From a virus (taxonomy: Duplodnaviria > Caudoviricetes), in IMG/VR virus record IMGVR_UViG_3300032213_001568, positions 1-64,000 of that record: a DNA stretch of 64,000 nt; one strand, written 5' to 3'. Below, piece after piece: positions 30,600 to 41,467 of this stretch (position 1 is its first letter; every line of letters starts with the position of its first letter). The notes under the pieces are model-generated. The model made no database searches. It was not told the DNA's origin and saw only the letters and a program-made list of their open reading frames with translations. A program made the translations under genes and the position numbers.

Positions 30600-31215
30600 T
30601 AAAACTTGTGTATAGTTGTTTTCTGGTAAATCCCTTTTCTTCTAAGATTTCATAAAGATATTTTCTGTGTATTGTTGAAATATCTTTTACTATAATCAAA
30701 TTTTTTTTTGGGTTGTTGTTGAAAAGAAGGTCTAAAAATCTATCACAGTCTTCTTCATTTTTTAAACTAAATAATTTATAATCATCATCATTTTGAACTA
30801 TGAATTTATTTTTTAGTTTTGACACCATTAATATTTTATCATGGTTTAAGTAAGTTTTCAAAAATTCTGAAAATGTAATTCTTTTATTTTTTCCTATGTC
30901 AAAAATAAGTTCTTCTAAATTATATCTATCTATTTTGAGTAGATATTGATTTTCGGATATCTTGGGATTAATTACTTTATTTCGACCAAACTCGTCAGTG
31001 TAATGGATAGTTTCTCCAATATAATCACTGGTAACAATCCCCAAGTTAAATTTACAATCATGTCCACTTTCAAATTGTTTATTAAAAATTATATCACTTG
31101 ACTTTTTTAATAAACCTTTGTAATAATTTTCAGCCAAAGTTTGTTTAACAAAAGATTTGAGTTTTTTCTTTTTTTTGTTATTCTTAAACAATATGATATG
31201 AAATTTTTGTTCCAT
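30583..31215 (-). CDS. Basic hypothetical protein
   Basis: 210-aa ORF. Confidence 0.7.
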   Translation of the reverse strand: MEQKFHIILFKNNKKKKKLKSFVKQTLAENYYKGLLKKSSDIIFNKQFESGHDCKFNLGIVTSDYIGETIHYTDEFGRNKVINPKISENQYLLKIDRYNLEELIFDIGKNKRITFSEFLKTYLNHDKILMVSKLKNKFIVQNDDDYKLFSLKNEEDCDRFLDLLFNNNPKKNLIIVKDISTIHRKYLYEILEEKGFTRKQLYTSFTTYPK

Positions 31216-31252
31216 ATTAATAAATTAATAAAATTTTAAAAAATAAAAACAG

Positions 31253-32173
31253 TTGGAAAATTTTTATCAGATTTTAGATGTACCAGAAACTGCAAGTCAG
31301 GAAGAAATAAAAAAGGCGTATAGAAAAAAAGCGGTGGAATCACATCCTGATAAGGGTGGTGATGAGGAAGTATTTAAGAAGATTTCAGAAGCTTATGATA
31401 CTTTAGGTGATGAAGAAAAAAAGAGACAATATGACAATAATCGAAATAACCCTTTTGGTAGTTTTGACGGTGACCCCTTCAACATGTTTCATGATTTCTT
31501 TAATAATGTAAGACAAAATAATCCAAGAAAGGCTCCTGATAAAGTTGTTGAATTAAATGTTGGAACTTTAGATTCTTATATTGGAAAGAACGTTGATATT
31601 AATTTTAGTCGAAAAATTAATTGTAATACCTGTAATGGTAAAGGTGGTGATAGGGTTACATGTTCGAAATGTAACGGTTCAGGTAGACTAACACAAAGAA
31701 TTGGTAATTCATTCTTTAGTAATATAGTACAGACACCGTGTGATGTTTGTTCAGGTCAAGGATTTAGTTTAAATAACGTTTGTTTTTCTTGTGCTGGTGA
31801 GGGTAAAAATAATGAGATGAAGACAATTAACATTAATTTACCTCATGGTATTACTGATGGTCAAATGATAAAGGCAAAACAAATGGGTGATTATCATGAA
31901 GGTAGTTTTGGGGATATAATTTTTAAAGTTAAGGTAAATCCTCAGGATGGATTTGATAAAGTAAATAATGACTTAGTATACAATTATCAAATGTCATTAG
32001 AAGATTTTAATAAAGATATGATTGATGTGCCACATCCATCAGGTAACCTAAATATAAAATTACCTGAAGAGATAGATACGACAAAACCCCTACGTGTTAA
32101 AGGTAAGGGTTTTAAAAATGACGGTATTGGTGATTTCTATGTCAACATGTACGTTAAACACAAAAGGGGTTAG
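31253..32173 (+). CDS. dnaJ: DnaJ co-chaperone
   Basis: J-domain HPD, four CxxCxGxG repeats, C-terminal LRVKGKG; TTG start. Confidence 0.92.
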   Translation: MENFYQILDVPETASQEEIKKAYRKKAVESHPDKGGDEEVFKKISEAYDTLGDEEKKRQYDNNRNNPFGSFDGDPFNMFHDFFNNVRQNNPRKAPDKVVELNVGTLDSYIGKNVDINFSRKINCNTCNGKGGDRVTCSKCNGSGRLTQRIGNSFFSNIVQTPCDVCSGQGFSLNNVCFSCAGEGKNNEMKTININLPHGITDGQMIKAKQMGDYHEGSFGDIIFKVKVNPQDGFDKVNNDLVYNYQMSLEDFNKDMIDVPHPSGNLNIKLPEEIDTTKPLRVKGKGFKNDGIGDFYVNMYVKHKRG

Positions 32174-32556
32174 TAGTCAATTTCTGTAAGATACATCCAA
32201 GCGTAATCGTTATACTCTATTGCTATGAATACATACCCTTGAGTCTCTGACGGACCCATATGGAAGTTACAGTTACCACCTTGTGAATCTACCATTCTAT
32301 AAGTGATATATGAATTTTCGTCACTTAGTTTGGTTACTACACGATATACTTGGATTTGTTGACTAAAAATGGTTACTTTGTCGTCCTCAAGTTTAATCAG
32401 GATGTCTACGGATGTTGGTGAACCGTTCCATACGATTTCGTTATTTGTGTCTCTATAACCTGTGTAGAGCTCTACGGCTTTAGCAAAACCTATTTCTTGA
32501 GAAAATGATAATAGTGTTGAAAGAACTAAAAAGACTGATAAGATAAATTTTTTCAT
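32170..32556 (-). CDS. Secreted hypothetical protein
   Basis: Signal peptide MKKFILSVFLVLSTLLSFS|Q. Confidence 0.7.
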   Translation of the reverse strand: MKKFILSVFLVLSTLLSFSQEIGFAKAVELYTGYRDTNNEIVWNGSPTSVDILIKLEDDKVTIFSQQIQVYRVVTKLSDENSYITYRMVDSQGGNCNFHMGPSETQGYVFIAIEYNDYAWMYLTEIDY

Positions 32557-32629
32557 TGTGTATATTTTTTTTTGTAAAGATAATATATTCTATGGATTTA
32601 TGAAATAAATATTGTTATTTTTTTTAGGT

Positions 32630-35230
32630 ATGAAGAAAATATTATTTATAGTCCCACACCTATCTACTGGAGGACTACCACAGGTTACTACGAATAAGAT
32701 TCAACTTCTTAAAGACGATTATATTATAAAGTGTGTTGAATACGGATGTTATTCATGGGATTTTGTTGTTCAGAAGAACCGAATTAAGAATTTGATTGGG
32801 GAAGATAACCTTGTTACTTTATGGGACGATAAAAATGTTTTAATTGATTTTATTAATGATTTCCAACCTGATATCATATCAATGGAGGAGTTCCCTGAAT
32901 TTTTTATGGATAACAACATTACAAGACAAATTTATAGACAAAACCGACCATATAAAATATTTGAAACAACACATGACTCAAGTTTCAAACCAACATCTAA
33001 AGTTTGGTTTCCTGATAAATTTATTTTTGTTAGTGTGTTCAATGCTATTCAGTATTCAATGTTTGATATACCCTATGAGGTGATTGAATATCCTATTGAA
33101 AATCGAGATAAAAGAAAAGAACTCTTCCAAGAAAAACTTGGACTTGATAAAGGTTATAAACATGTTGTTAACGTCGGGTTATTCACTGAAAGAAAGAATC
33201 AAAAATACATTTTTGAAATTGCTCGTAAGTTAGAGAACTCTAAAATTAAATTTCATTTCATTGGTAACCAAGCGGATAACTTTAAAGGTTACTGGGAACC
33301 ATTGATGAATAACAAACCTGAGAACTGTATTGTTTGGGGTGAGAAGGATAATGTAAATGAATTTTTGGAAGCGTCCGATTTGTTTATGTTTCCATCTAAA
33401 GGTGATAGAAATAATAAAGAATTAAATCCAATAGCTATTAAGGAAGCCATTGAATATGGTATTCCTATGATGATGTATAACTTGGATGTGTATTGTGGGA
33501 AATATGATAAACTACCTCAGGTTACATTTTTAACTGGAGATATTGATAAAGATGTGAATAATATGATGGATGTATTAAATGTTGGTGGTATTGATTCCCT
33601 ATTCAACTTGGGTTTTAATGGGGATAATAATCAGATTACAATAACCTATAATGGAAACCAAAAATTTGATTTTAATGTAAGTATTAGAGACATGACTTCA
33701 AAAGCTCCGATGTATTGGTTTAATTTACCTTTGGAGTATCCAATATTTTACTGGACAATACCTATTCCAATTCATATTAAGAAATTCAAAGACAATACTA
33801 ATTTCAGAGGATTTTTAGTTGAGTTTTATGATTCTCAAACAAATGAGTTAGTTTTTGGTCAAGAGTTGATTGTTAATCCTAATTTTCATCCAAGAATCCC
33901 TGAATTTAAATTTAAACCTTTGGATTGTAATTATATTAATTATTATGAATTTTTTGTTGATAGATGTTTTGACGATTTAAAGTTAGAAAATCTTGATACA
34001 GTAATTGATATTGGTGCCAATGTTGGTTTGTTTGCAAAGTATATGTATACCATAAATGCTAAAAAAGTTATTTTAGTTGAAGCAAATCCATATTTACAGG
34101 AAAGTATTGAATATCATTTAGATAATGATTTGGAAAAATCTGTTATTTACATGAATCCTGTTTATAAAGAACATACCAAGATTGATTTTAGATTTTCAAA
34201 AGAAAACTCAACTATTGGTTCAAATGTTTTTGATGGTAATGTGGGAGAATATGGACAACTTAACAATCTAATTAGTTGTGATACAATTACAATTGATGAT
34301 ATATACAAAGATAATAACTACGGTAGAATATCTCTATTTAAATGTGATATTGAAGGTGGGGAGTATCCGATTTTTGAATCAATTACCGATGAACAAATTG
34401 GATTAGTTGACAGATTCATGGTTGAGTTTCACGAAAATACTAATGGTGAAATTAATATTATACTTGAAAAATTAGATAGAAATAATTTTGAGTATGACAT
34501 TATTGTTTATGAAATGGGTAGGAAAACTAAAGCCGATAAAAATGCTAAACATGGTGTTATTTTTGCTAAACCTAAGAATGTTAAATTAAGAAAACCTGGT
34601 ACTTTATCATCGTCAGTTTATGATGTAACAAAGAGTTTTGAAGAACGATTAGCGGAATATACAGGGGCACCCTATGCTGTTACTATTGATAACCAAAGTA
34701 ATGCTTTGTTCTTGGCTTTGTATTATGAAAAGATTACTGGTAAAACAATTAAAATACCAAGTAGAACATACCCTTCAGTTCCTTGTGAGATTATCCATGC
34801 CGGTGGTAAAGTTGAATTTGAACCTGTTTATGGTTCTACTCTTAAAGGACCTTATCAATTATCACCAACAAATGTTTGGGATTCAGCGTTAAGATTCACC
34901 AACGATATGTATATACCAGGAACTCATATGTGTTTATCATTTACGGGCCCGTATAAACACTTGAAACTAGGTAAGGGTGGTGCAATCCTAACTGATGACT
35001 TTGAGGCTTACAAGTGGTTTAAACGGGCAAGATACTCAGGTAGAAATGAAGTTTCATATCATGATGATAATTTTGACATGTTAGGATGGAATTTTTACAT
35101 GATGCCTGAAATCGCTTCAAGAGGTTTACTGCTTATGAATCAATTCTATAACATGGATGGTACACCTAAACACAATGAGGATTTAGAATTACCATATCCT
35201 GACTTATCAAAATTTGATATCTATAAATGA
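32630..35230 (+). CDS. Fusion of GT4 glycosyltransferase, FkbM methyltransferase and DegT-like PLP aminotransferase
   Basis: HLSTGG, VGLFTERKNQ, PIAIKEA (GT4); IDIGANVG, FKCDIEGGE (FkbM); FEERLAEYTG, DSA, LSFTGPYK..GKGG (DegT). Confidence 0.85.
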   Translation: MKKILFIVPHLSTGGLPQVTTNKIQLLKDDYIIKCVEYGCYSWDFVVQKNRIKNLIGEDNLVTLWDDKNVLIDFINDFQPDIISMEEFPEFFMDNNITRQIYRQNRPYKIFETTHDSSFKPTSKVWFPDKFIFVSVFNAIQYSMFDIPYEVIEYPIENRDKRKELFQEKLGLDKGYKHVVNVGLFTERKNQKYIFEIARKLENSKIKFHFIGNQADNFKGYWEPLMNNKPENCIVWGEKDNVNEFLEASDLFMFPSKGDRNNKELNPIAIKEAIEYGIPMMMYNLDVYCGKYDKLPQVTFLTGDIDKDVNNMMDVLNVGGIDSLFNLGFNGDNNQITITYNGNQKFDFNVSIRDMTSKAPMYWFNLPLEYPIFYWTIPIPIHIKKFKDNTNFRGFLVEFYDSQTNELVFGQELIVNPNFHPRIPEFKFKPLDCNYINYYEFFVDRCFDDLKLENLDTVIDIGANVGLFAKYMYTINAKKVILVEANPYLQESIEYHLDNDLEKSVIYMNPVYKEHTKIDFRFSKENSTIGSNVFDGNVGEYGQLNNLISCDTITIDDIYKDNNYGRISLFKCDIEGGEYPIFESITDEQIGLVDRFMVEFHENTNGEINIILEKLDRNNFEYDIIVYEMGRKTKADKNAKHGVIFAKPKNVKLRKPGTLSSSVYDVTKSFEERLAEYTGAPYAVTIDNQSNALFLALYYEKITGKTIKIPSRTYPSVPCEIIHAGGKVEFEPVYGSTLKGPYQLSPTNVWDSALRFTNDMYIPGTHMCLSFTGPYKHLKLGKGGAILTDDFEAYKWFKRARYSGRNEVSYHDDNFDMLGWNFYMMPEIASRGLLLMNQFYNMDGTPKHNEDLELPYPDLSKFDIYK

Positions 35231-35850
35231 TTGTAGGTTTCAACGAATATAAACATAAGTATGACTTTAATGTTACTGGTGTAATTCATGTTGGTGCTCA
35301 TGTTGGTCAAGAGTATGATGAATATATAAGAACATTTGGTGTAATACCAACATATTGGTTTGAACCTATACCACATGTATATAAAGAACTATCTAAAAAT
35401 TTAAATGGTAAACCTAACACATTTTATTATAATGTTGCGATAGGTGATAGAAATGGTATACACGAAATGTATCTTGATGAAGGTAATGGACAACAAAGTT
35501 CTTCATTATTAAAACCAAAGGAACATCAAAATTTTTACCCACATATTAAATTTAGTGAAGAGAATACTATTAATATTACATTAAGCACATTAGATTTTTA
35601 CAATATAACTTCTTGTAATGTTTTAGTTTTAGATACACAAGGATATGAGTTAAACTCTCTTAAAGGTTCAATTAATACTTTAAAGAATATTGATTATATA
35701 TTTACGGAGTTTAATTTGATTGAAATGTATGATGGTTGCCCATCTATTGAACAACTTGATGAGTTTTTATTACCATTTGGGTTCCAAAGACAAGAGACAT
35801 GGAATGTTGACGGTGTTTGGGGTGATGCATTTTATTTAAAAAGAATATGA
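35227..35850 (+). CDS. FkbM-family methyltransferase
   Basis: IHVGAHVGQE, FEP, LDTQGYE, WGDAFY. Confidence 0.85.
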   Translation: MIVGFNEYKHKYDFNVTGVIHVGAHVGQEYDEYIRTFGVIPTYWFEPIPHVYKELSKNLNGKPNTFYYNVAIGDRNGIHEMYLDEGNGQQSSSLLKPKEHQNFYPHIKFSEENTINITLSTLDFYNITSCNVLVLDTQGYELNSLKGSINTLKNIDYIFTEFNLIEMYDGCPSIEQLDEFLLPFGFQRQETWNVDGVWGDAFYLKRI

Positions 35851-36434
35851 TTAAGAAAGCGTTTATTGGTAATGGAGGGCATTTAAGAGAAGTAATTGCT
35901 CATACAAACTATGATGTAACTAGGTTTGTTGAAGATGAGTATTTCAAAGGGGAGGATAAAACATTACCATTATCACAATTCAATCCAAAAGAGTTCTATA
36001 TTATGATTGCAATTGCTGATAGTCAAGTTAGGTCAAGAATTCAAAAATCACTACCTGAAGATACTAAATATTTTTCATTCATCCATCCATCATCAATTTT
36101 ATTGGATAGAAATATTGTAATTGGTGAAGGTTCATTTATTGGTGCTAATTGTGTTATAACTACCAATGTTAAGATTGGTAATCATACTATTTTGAATAGA
36201 AATGTTAATATCGGACACGATGTTGTAATAGGTGATTGTTTTAGTGCTATGGCCGGTTCTGTTGTTTCAGGTAATGTTTTAATTGGTGATAATTGTTATA
36301 TGGGTAATAACTCATCAATAAGAGAAAAGATAACAATTTGTGATGATGTTATAATTGGAATGAATGGAAGTGTTGTTAAAGATATTGATAAACCTGGAAC
36401 TTATGTTGGGGTTCCTGTAAATAAAATAAAATAA
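35847..36434 (+). CDS. NeuD/PglD-like sugar acetyltransferase
   Basis: GNGGH, FIHPS, hexapeptide repeats, IGHD, YVGVP. Confidence 0.85.
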   Translation: MIKKAFIGNGGHLREVIAHTNYDVTRFVEDEYFKGEDKTLPLSQFNPKEFYIMIAIADSQVRSRIQKSLPEDTKYFSFIHPSSILLDRNIVIGEGSFIGANCVITTNVKIGNHTILNRNVNIGHDVVIGDCFSAMAGSVVSGNVLIGDNCYMGNNSSIREKITICDDVIIGMNGSVVKDIDKPGTYVGVPVNKIK

Positions 36435-38170
36435 TGGAAAAATTACTTTCGGTCATTGTATCGTCATATAATTTTGAGAAATACCTCAAGGAGTGTGTTG
36501 ATTCAATTTATAAACAAAAAATCACCTATGGTTTTCAGGTAGTAGTTAGAGATGATTGTTCAACAGACAATACTAAAGATGTTTTAGTTGAATTAAAAGA
36601 AAAGTATCCTGATTTAGTTATTTTAAATGGTAATGTTAATTTAGGGGCTCTTGAAAATATTAGAACTTTATTAAATTACTGTAAAACAAAATACATTGCA
36701 TATATTGATGGTGATGATTATTTTGATAATTATACAATCTTAAATGAAGAAGTTGAGTTTTTAGAAAACAGCCCAAATTATAGTATGGTTTGTACAGGAA
36801 CAAGATATTTGTATCCTGATGGTACCAAGATACCTACAGTTCCCGAATTGTTTATTAGTTCATTTCTTGACGATGTAACAACAAATGATTTATTAACTAT
36901 CAATCACGCATCTTTTGCAAGGGTATTTAGGAACATACCAAATCTAATAAAGGATTATTTTACAAATTTACCTTATGTTGATTGGCCGCTTAATTATGAA
37001 ATTAGTAAACATGGTTTAATTAAGTGTATTCATAAATGTGGTGGAATATATAGAATATCAAATGATGGTATGTTTTCAAATGTTTCAGAAGAGGAAAAAA
37101 ACAAAAAAAACATAATAGTTTCTAATGAACTCAAAAGACAAAATATTAAAGATGAGTTTAAAACAATAACAATAGTTGATTGTTTTATTCATAATGAAAA
37201 TGTTTTAAATAAGTTGGAGTTATGTGTTAATAACTTAAAAAAGTATAACCATACAATACTTCTTGTGTCTAATACTATTGTTCCTGAACATATATTAAAA
37301 ATTGTTGATTATCATTTATATAACTCAAATAACATTCTTTTTGAAGGTGAATACACTAATTCCGAACCAGTTATTTTTTGGAAAAACCTTGGTTCATTAA
37401 CAACTCATGAAGTTACAAATACAATACAAAAACATGGATTACCTGTTATGGTTAATTTGTTTAACTCATTAGATTTGTGTAAGTCATTTGGGTTTACACA
37501 TTTCCAAAGAATTGAAGTTGATGATTTATATAGTGAAGAAGGTTATGAATATATGAAAACTGTACCAGTGATTTGTTCTACTCAAAACAAAAAGGGAATG
37601 TTTTATTTTAATGAAGGTAGAGATGTTTCGTTCCATTATTTTTATTGTGAAATAGAATACTTCCAACAGATAATTAATAGGATTAATTGTGAGGAAGATT
37701 ATAAAAATTATTTACAAAATAATGGGTATGGTACTGACTTTATAAATGTTGAAAAATATCTTTATGATAACATAAATAGAAAAGATTATGGTTTAATAAT
37801 TCGAAAAGACGGAGAAGTTGATATGAACACTGATTTCCAAAATACCTTATGGAATACGGAAACAACTGTTAGTAATGTATCTTCAAAATTCAAAGGATGT
37901 TCTACAAAACTTTATAATATTTCAGGACAAAATTCTATAATGTTATTATCCTACAATTACAATCATTTTAGGTCGGAAAGAAAAATAGTTGTTAATTATA
38001 TTGATGGTAGTTTAGAAACTATATACCACGGGTTAGAAAATTATGGACATTGGTCATTTAATATTTTTGAAAATAAAGTTGAAAAAATATCAGTGTACGA
38101 TACTCAAGATGATGAATTTTTATATGATTTTATAAATAAAAATATTCTTGATTACATTATTTTTTCATGA
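36434..38170 (+). CDS. GT2 glycosyltransferase fused to a second unknown domain
   Basis: SVIVSSYN, DDCSTD, YIDGDDY. Confidence 0.8.
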   Translation: MEKLLSVIVSSYNFEKYLKECVDSIYKQKITYGFQVVVRDDCSTDNTKDVLVELKEKYPDLVILNGNVNLGALENIRTLLNYCKTKYIAYIDGDDYFDNYTILNEEVEFLENSPNYSMVCTGTRYLYPDGTKIPTVPELFISSFLDDVTTNDLLTINHASFARVFRNIPNLIKDYFTNLPYVDWPLNYEISKHGLIKCIHKCGGIYRISNDGMFSNVSEEEKNKKNIIVSNELKRQNIKDEFKTITIVDCFIHNENVLNKLELCVNNLKKYNHTILLVSNTIVPEHILKIVDYHLYNSNNILFEGEYTNSEPVIFWKNLGSLTTHEVTNTIQKHGLPVMVNLFNSLDLCKSFGFTHFQRIEVDDLYSEEGYEYMKTVPVICSTQNKKGMFYFNEGRDVSFHYFYCEIEYFQQIINRINCEEDYKNYLQNNGYGTDFINVEKYLYDNINRKDYGLIIRKDGEVDMNTDFQNTLWNTETTVSNVSSKFKGCSTKLYNISGQNSIMLLSYNYNHFRSERKIVVNYIDGSLETIYHGLENYGHWSFNIFENKVEKISVYDTQDDEFLYDFINKNILDYIIFS

Positions 38171-38934
38171 TTGGATTAACTATAACAACTTGTAAACGAA
38201 TTGATTTATTTGAAAAAACAATAATTTCTTTTACCAAAGAATGTGAAGATTTAAATTTAATTGATATCATAATCCACTACGATGATTCTTCGTCTTTAGA
38301 GGACAGAAATAAAATGTTTTCTTTACTGAATAGATTGTTTCCTGAAACTTTAATAGTATCTAAAAGATTTAACGTTAACTCATTTAATACTAGTAGAAGA
38401 CATTTAGAAATAATGAAAAAATGGAAAGAAGATATTAAATTTTTTAATATTGATTATGTTTTTCATTTGGAAGATGATTGGTTTTTTGAAAATCCATTTA
38501 ACCTTCATGAGGGTATTGAGTTATTAAAAAATAATGAAGATGTTGGTATGGTAGGATTTTCATGGAAGAAAAAAATATTCCCAATGGAATTATTCCAACC
38601 TAAATTAATTGGTAATTTTTGGGAATGGTATTATTCTGATAAACATTATTTAAATGAACCGTTGTTTAATGACACTGTTGAAGAAGATTTACATGTAGTT
38701 AAGGGATTGTGGATTAAATATATTAATTGGCCATACTTTGGTTTTAGACCGGCAATTCATGATGTTAATAAATTAAATCAAATTGATACTTTTAATGATA
38801 ACATGGATTCTTTTGAATTAGAATTTGCAATAAGATTCTCAAAAAGATTCAAATCGTTTTTACATTCAGAAAGAATTTGTTATCATATTGGTGATGAAAA
38901 TTCATCATATAATTTAAATAATTCTTTAAGATAA
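38167..38934 (+). CDS. GT-A fold glycosyltransferase
   Basis: TTCKR, DDSS, YVFHLEDDW. Confidence 0.7.
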   Translation: MIGLTITTCKRIDLFEKTIISFTKECEDLNLIDIIIHYDDSSSLEDRNKMFSLLNRLFPETLIVSKRFNVNSFNTSRRHLEIMKKWKEDIKFFNIDYVFHLEDDWFFENPFNLHEGIELLKNNEDVGMVGFSWKKKIFPMELFQPKLIGNFWEWYYSDKHYLNEPLFNDTVEEDLHVVKGLWIKYINWPYFGFRPAIHDVNKLNQIDTFNDNMDSFELEFAIRFSKRFKSFLHSERICYHIGDENSSYNLNNSLR

Positions 38935-39506
38935 TGGATTACAATTTTTTATGGGTACCTAAGACCACTTATCATAGGTCAGCACAAAGTCAGTTTGTTG
39001 TTGATGTTTTTCCTAAAATATTAAAAAATTTTGAATTAATAATTGAAATTGGAACATTTACAGGGGCGTTCACTTTATGGTTGTCTGAAAATAAATCTGA
39101 TAATTGTAAAATAATTTCTTACGATATTAATCCTGATTATTGTGAAGTTAATAATCTTAAAGATACTGAATTAAGAATTGGAGATTGTTTTGATATTGAT
39201 GTTATGAAAGATATTCGTGATTTAATTAACAATTCGGGTAGAACTATTTTTTTATGTGATGGAGGGGATAAGGAACTTGAGTTTAGATTATATTCAAAGT
39301 ACTTGAAAAAGGATGATGTTATAATGCTTCACGATTATTCACATAGTGATGAAGAGTATAATATTATTAAAGAAAAAATAAATTGGCCAACAAATTCAGA
39401 ATCACACTATAAAAATATTGAAAGATACTTACCTGAACTTAATTTGACTACATTTATGTATGATGATTTTAAACAAGTTTTATGGGGTTCGTTTATAAAA
39501 AATTGA
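38934..39506 (+). CDS. Class I SAM-dependent methyltransferase
   Basis: IEIGTFTG, CDGG, LHDY. Confidence 0.7.
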   Translation: MDYNFLWVPKTTYHRSAQSQFVVDVFPKILKNFELIIEIGTFTGAFTLWLSENKSDNCKIISYDINPDYCEVNNLKDTELRIGDCFDIDVMKDIRDLINNSGRTIFLCDGGDKELEFRLYSKYLKKDDVIMLHDYSHSDEEYNIIKEKINWPTNSESHYKNIERYLPELNLTTFMYDDFKQVLWGSFIKN

Positions 39507-39507
39507 T

Positions 39508-40227
39508 ATGAATTATAAGATTAAATTAGTTCATTTACAGACAACACAGAATGAACATAGAGAAAAACTATCACGAAAATCTATACAACAAGTAATACCT
39601 TACGGTATTGAATATGTTTTACATCAGAACGAGTTATATACTTCGTTACCTCCAGTTCATACAAGTGTTAGACCACATAATGTTAGAATCGGTAAGTATG
39701 AAGATGTTAATGACCCTGAATATGGGAACGCATTAACTCCAGCTCACTACGGATGTTTTGAAGCTTTTAAAATTGGTATCCTATCAGAATTTGATAATGA
39801 TTTAGATTTCTTAATTGTCTGTGAGGGTGATTGTATAATAGAAGTACCTATTGAAGAATTTATAGATAAAGTTAATTGGGTATGTGGTATTGTTAATCAG
39901 GAAGATATTTCTTATTTTTCATTTGGTGATACTAAAACTTTAGATTATGGGTGGCATCAATCTGACGTTGTTAGAGAAATACCGAACCAAGATTTATTGT
40001 TTATTACTAATAAAATAATTGGTTTACAGTGTATTATGTTTTCAAAAAAATCACGTAAAACAATTATGAACCAGTTAAGAACACATAGATGGGATTGTGC
40101 TGACACATTTTTTAATATAATATGTGCTGAACAGAGATTAACTATGGGTGTTTTAAAGAAAAGAATAACAACCCAAGCGGATGGGGAATCATTCATAGAT
40201 AAAGAATATAAAGTTTTTACAAAATAA
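39508..40227 (+). CDS. GT25-like glycosyltransferase
   Basis: LTPAHYGCF, LIVCEGD. Confidence 0.55.
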   Translation: MNYKIKLVHLQTTQNEHREKLSRKSIQQVIPYGIEYVLHQNELYTSLPPVHTSVRPHNVRIGKYEDVNDPEYGNALTPAHYGCFEAFKIGILSEFDNDLDFLIVCEGDCIIEVPIEEFIDKVNWVCGIVNQEDISYFSFGDTKTLDYGWHQSDVVREIPNQDLLFITNKIIGLQCIMFSKKSRKTIMNQLRTHRWDCADTFFNIICAEQRLTMGVLKKRITTQADGESFIDKEYKVFTK

Positions 40228-40228
40228 T

Positions 40229-40774
40229 ATGGCACACGAACAACAAAAGAATTTTTTTAAAAGAGTTAAAGATAAATATCCAAAATATTTTACAGATGTA
40301 AAAGTTTTAGATATTGGTTCTTTGGATATAAATGGTTCAATACGGGATTTATTTGATTATCCATTTTATTATGTTGGGTTAGATTTAGCTGAGGGTAAAA
40401 ATGTTGATGTAATTTGTCCTGGGCATTTATATGACTCAGGATTTGAATTTGATGTTGTTTCATCTGGAGAATGTTTTGAACATGATATGTATTATGCAAG
40501 AACAATACAGAATATGATTAGACTTCTTAAGTGTGGAGGTTTAATGGTTTTTACTTGTGCGTCAACAGGTAGACCTGAACACGGTACTTTAAGGACTACA
40601 CCTGAAAACGCTCCTTTTTTAAGTGGTATTAGTGAAAAGTGGGGAAATTATTATAAAAATTTAACTGAAGATGATATAAGGTCGGTTATTGATGTTAATG
40701 ATATCTTTAGTGATTTTGGATTTGAATATGAACCAGTAACTTGTGATTTATATTTTTGGGGGATAAAAAAATGA
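40229..40774 (+). CDS. Class I SAM-dependent methyltransferase (type 11-like)
   Basis: VLDIGSLDING, FDVVSSGECFEH. Confidence 0.8.
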   Translation: MAHEQQKNFFKRVKDKYPKYFTDVKVLDIGSLDINGSIRDLFDYPFYYVGLDLAEGKNVDVICPGHLYDSGFEFDVVSSGECFEHDMYYARTIQNMIRLLKCGGLMVFTCASTGRPEHGTLRTTPENAPFLSGISEKWGNYYKNLTEDDIRSVIDVNDIFSDFGFEYEPVTCDLYFWGIKK

Positions 40775-41466
40775 TTGATGTTGATGTGATTTGTCTGACA
40801 AATACAACTTCTGATGATTTGTATTGGATGACTCGTCGTACATTAACTACCATACACGATTCGGAAAAAGATTATAAATTTCATATTCATTTGATTGAGA
40901 CAAATTCTGATAGTAAATATGACTATTCAGATATTGTTGAAAATTATGTAAAACCAAATGAAAAATTTAATTACAATAGATTTTTAAATCACTCATATCC
41001 ATATGTAAAACATGATTGGGTATTAATTACAAATAATGATGTAAGATACGAAAGAGGATGGTTTTCAAAAATAATTGAAGTTTACACTAAAAGACCTGAT
41101 GTTGAATCTTTTTCACCTAAATGTCCAATTTTATATTCTAAATATTTTTACGATGATTTCTTAGGTGGTGATTTAGATTTTCATGAAAGTGTTGGTACTA
41201 GTGTTCATTTAATGGGATGGTCATTAGTTATGAAAAAAAGAGTTTTTGATATTGTTTATCCTTGGGACGAAAATTTTTATATGTATTACCAAGATAATGA
41301 TTACGCTGAAATTCTATTAAAGAATAATATTAAACATGGTTTGGTTAGGGACTCAATTGCAACTCACTTAGAATCACAAACTATAAAACATAAATTTAAT
41401 TCAAATACAATTGATAATCTTAAAGTAAAAAATTATTTTTATCAAAAATGGGGAAAGGAGATTTAA
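40771..41466 (+). CDS. GT2-like glycosyltransferase
   Basis: FNYNRFLN, ITNND, WDENFYMYYQDND. Confidence 0.75.
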   Translation: MIDVDVICLTNTTSDDLYWMTRRTLTTIHDSEKDYKFHIHLIETNSDSKYDYSDIVENYVKPNEKFNYNRFLNHSYPYVKHDWVLITNNDVRYERGWFSKIIEVYTKRPDVESFSPKCPILYSKYFYDDFLGGDLDFHESVGTSVHLMGWSLVMKKRVFDIVYPWDENFYMYYQDNDYAEILLKNNIKHGLVRDSIATHLESQTIKHKFNSNTIDNLKVKNYFYQKWGKEI

Positions 41467-41467
41467 T

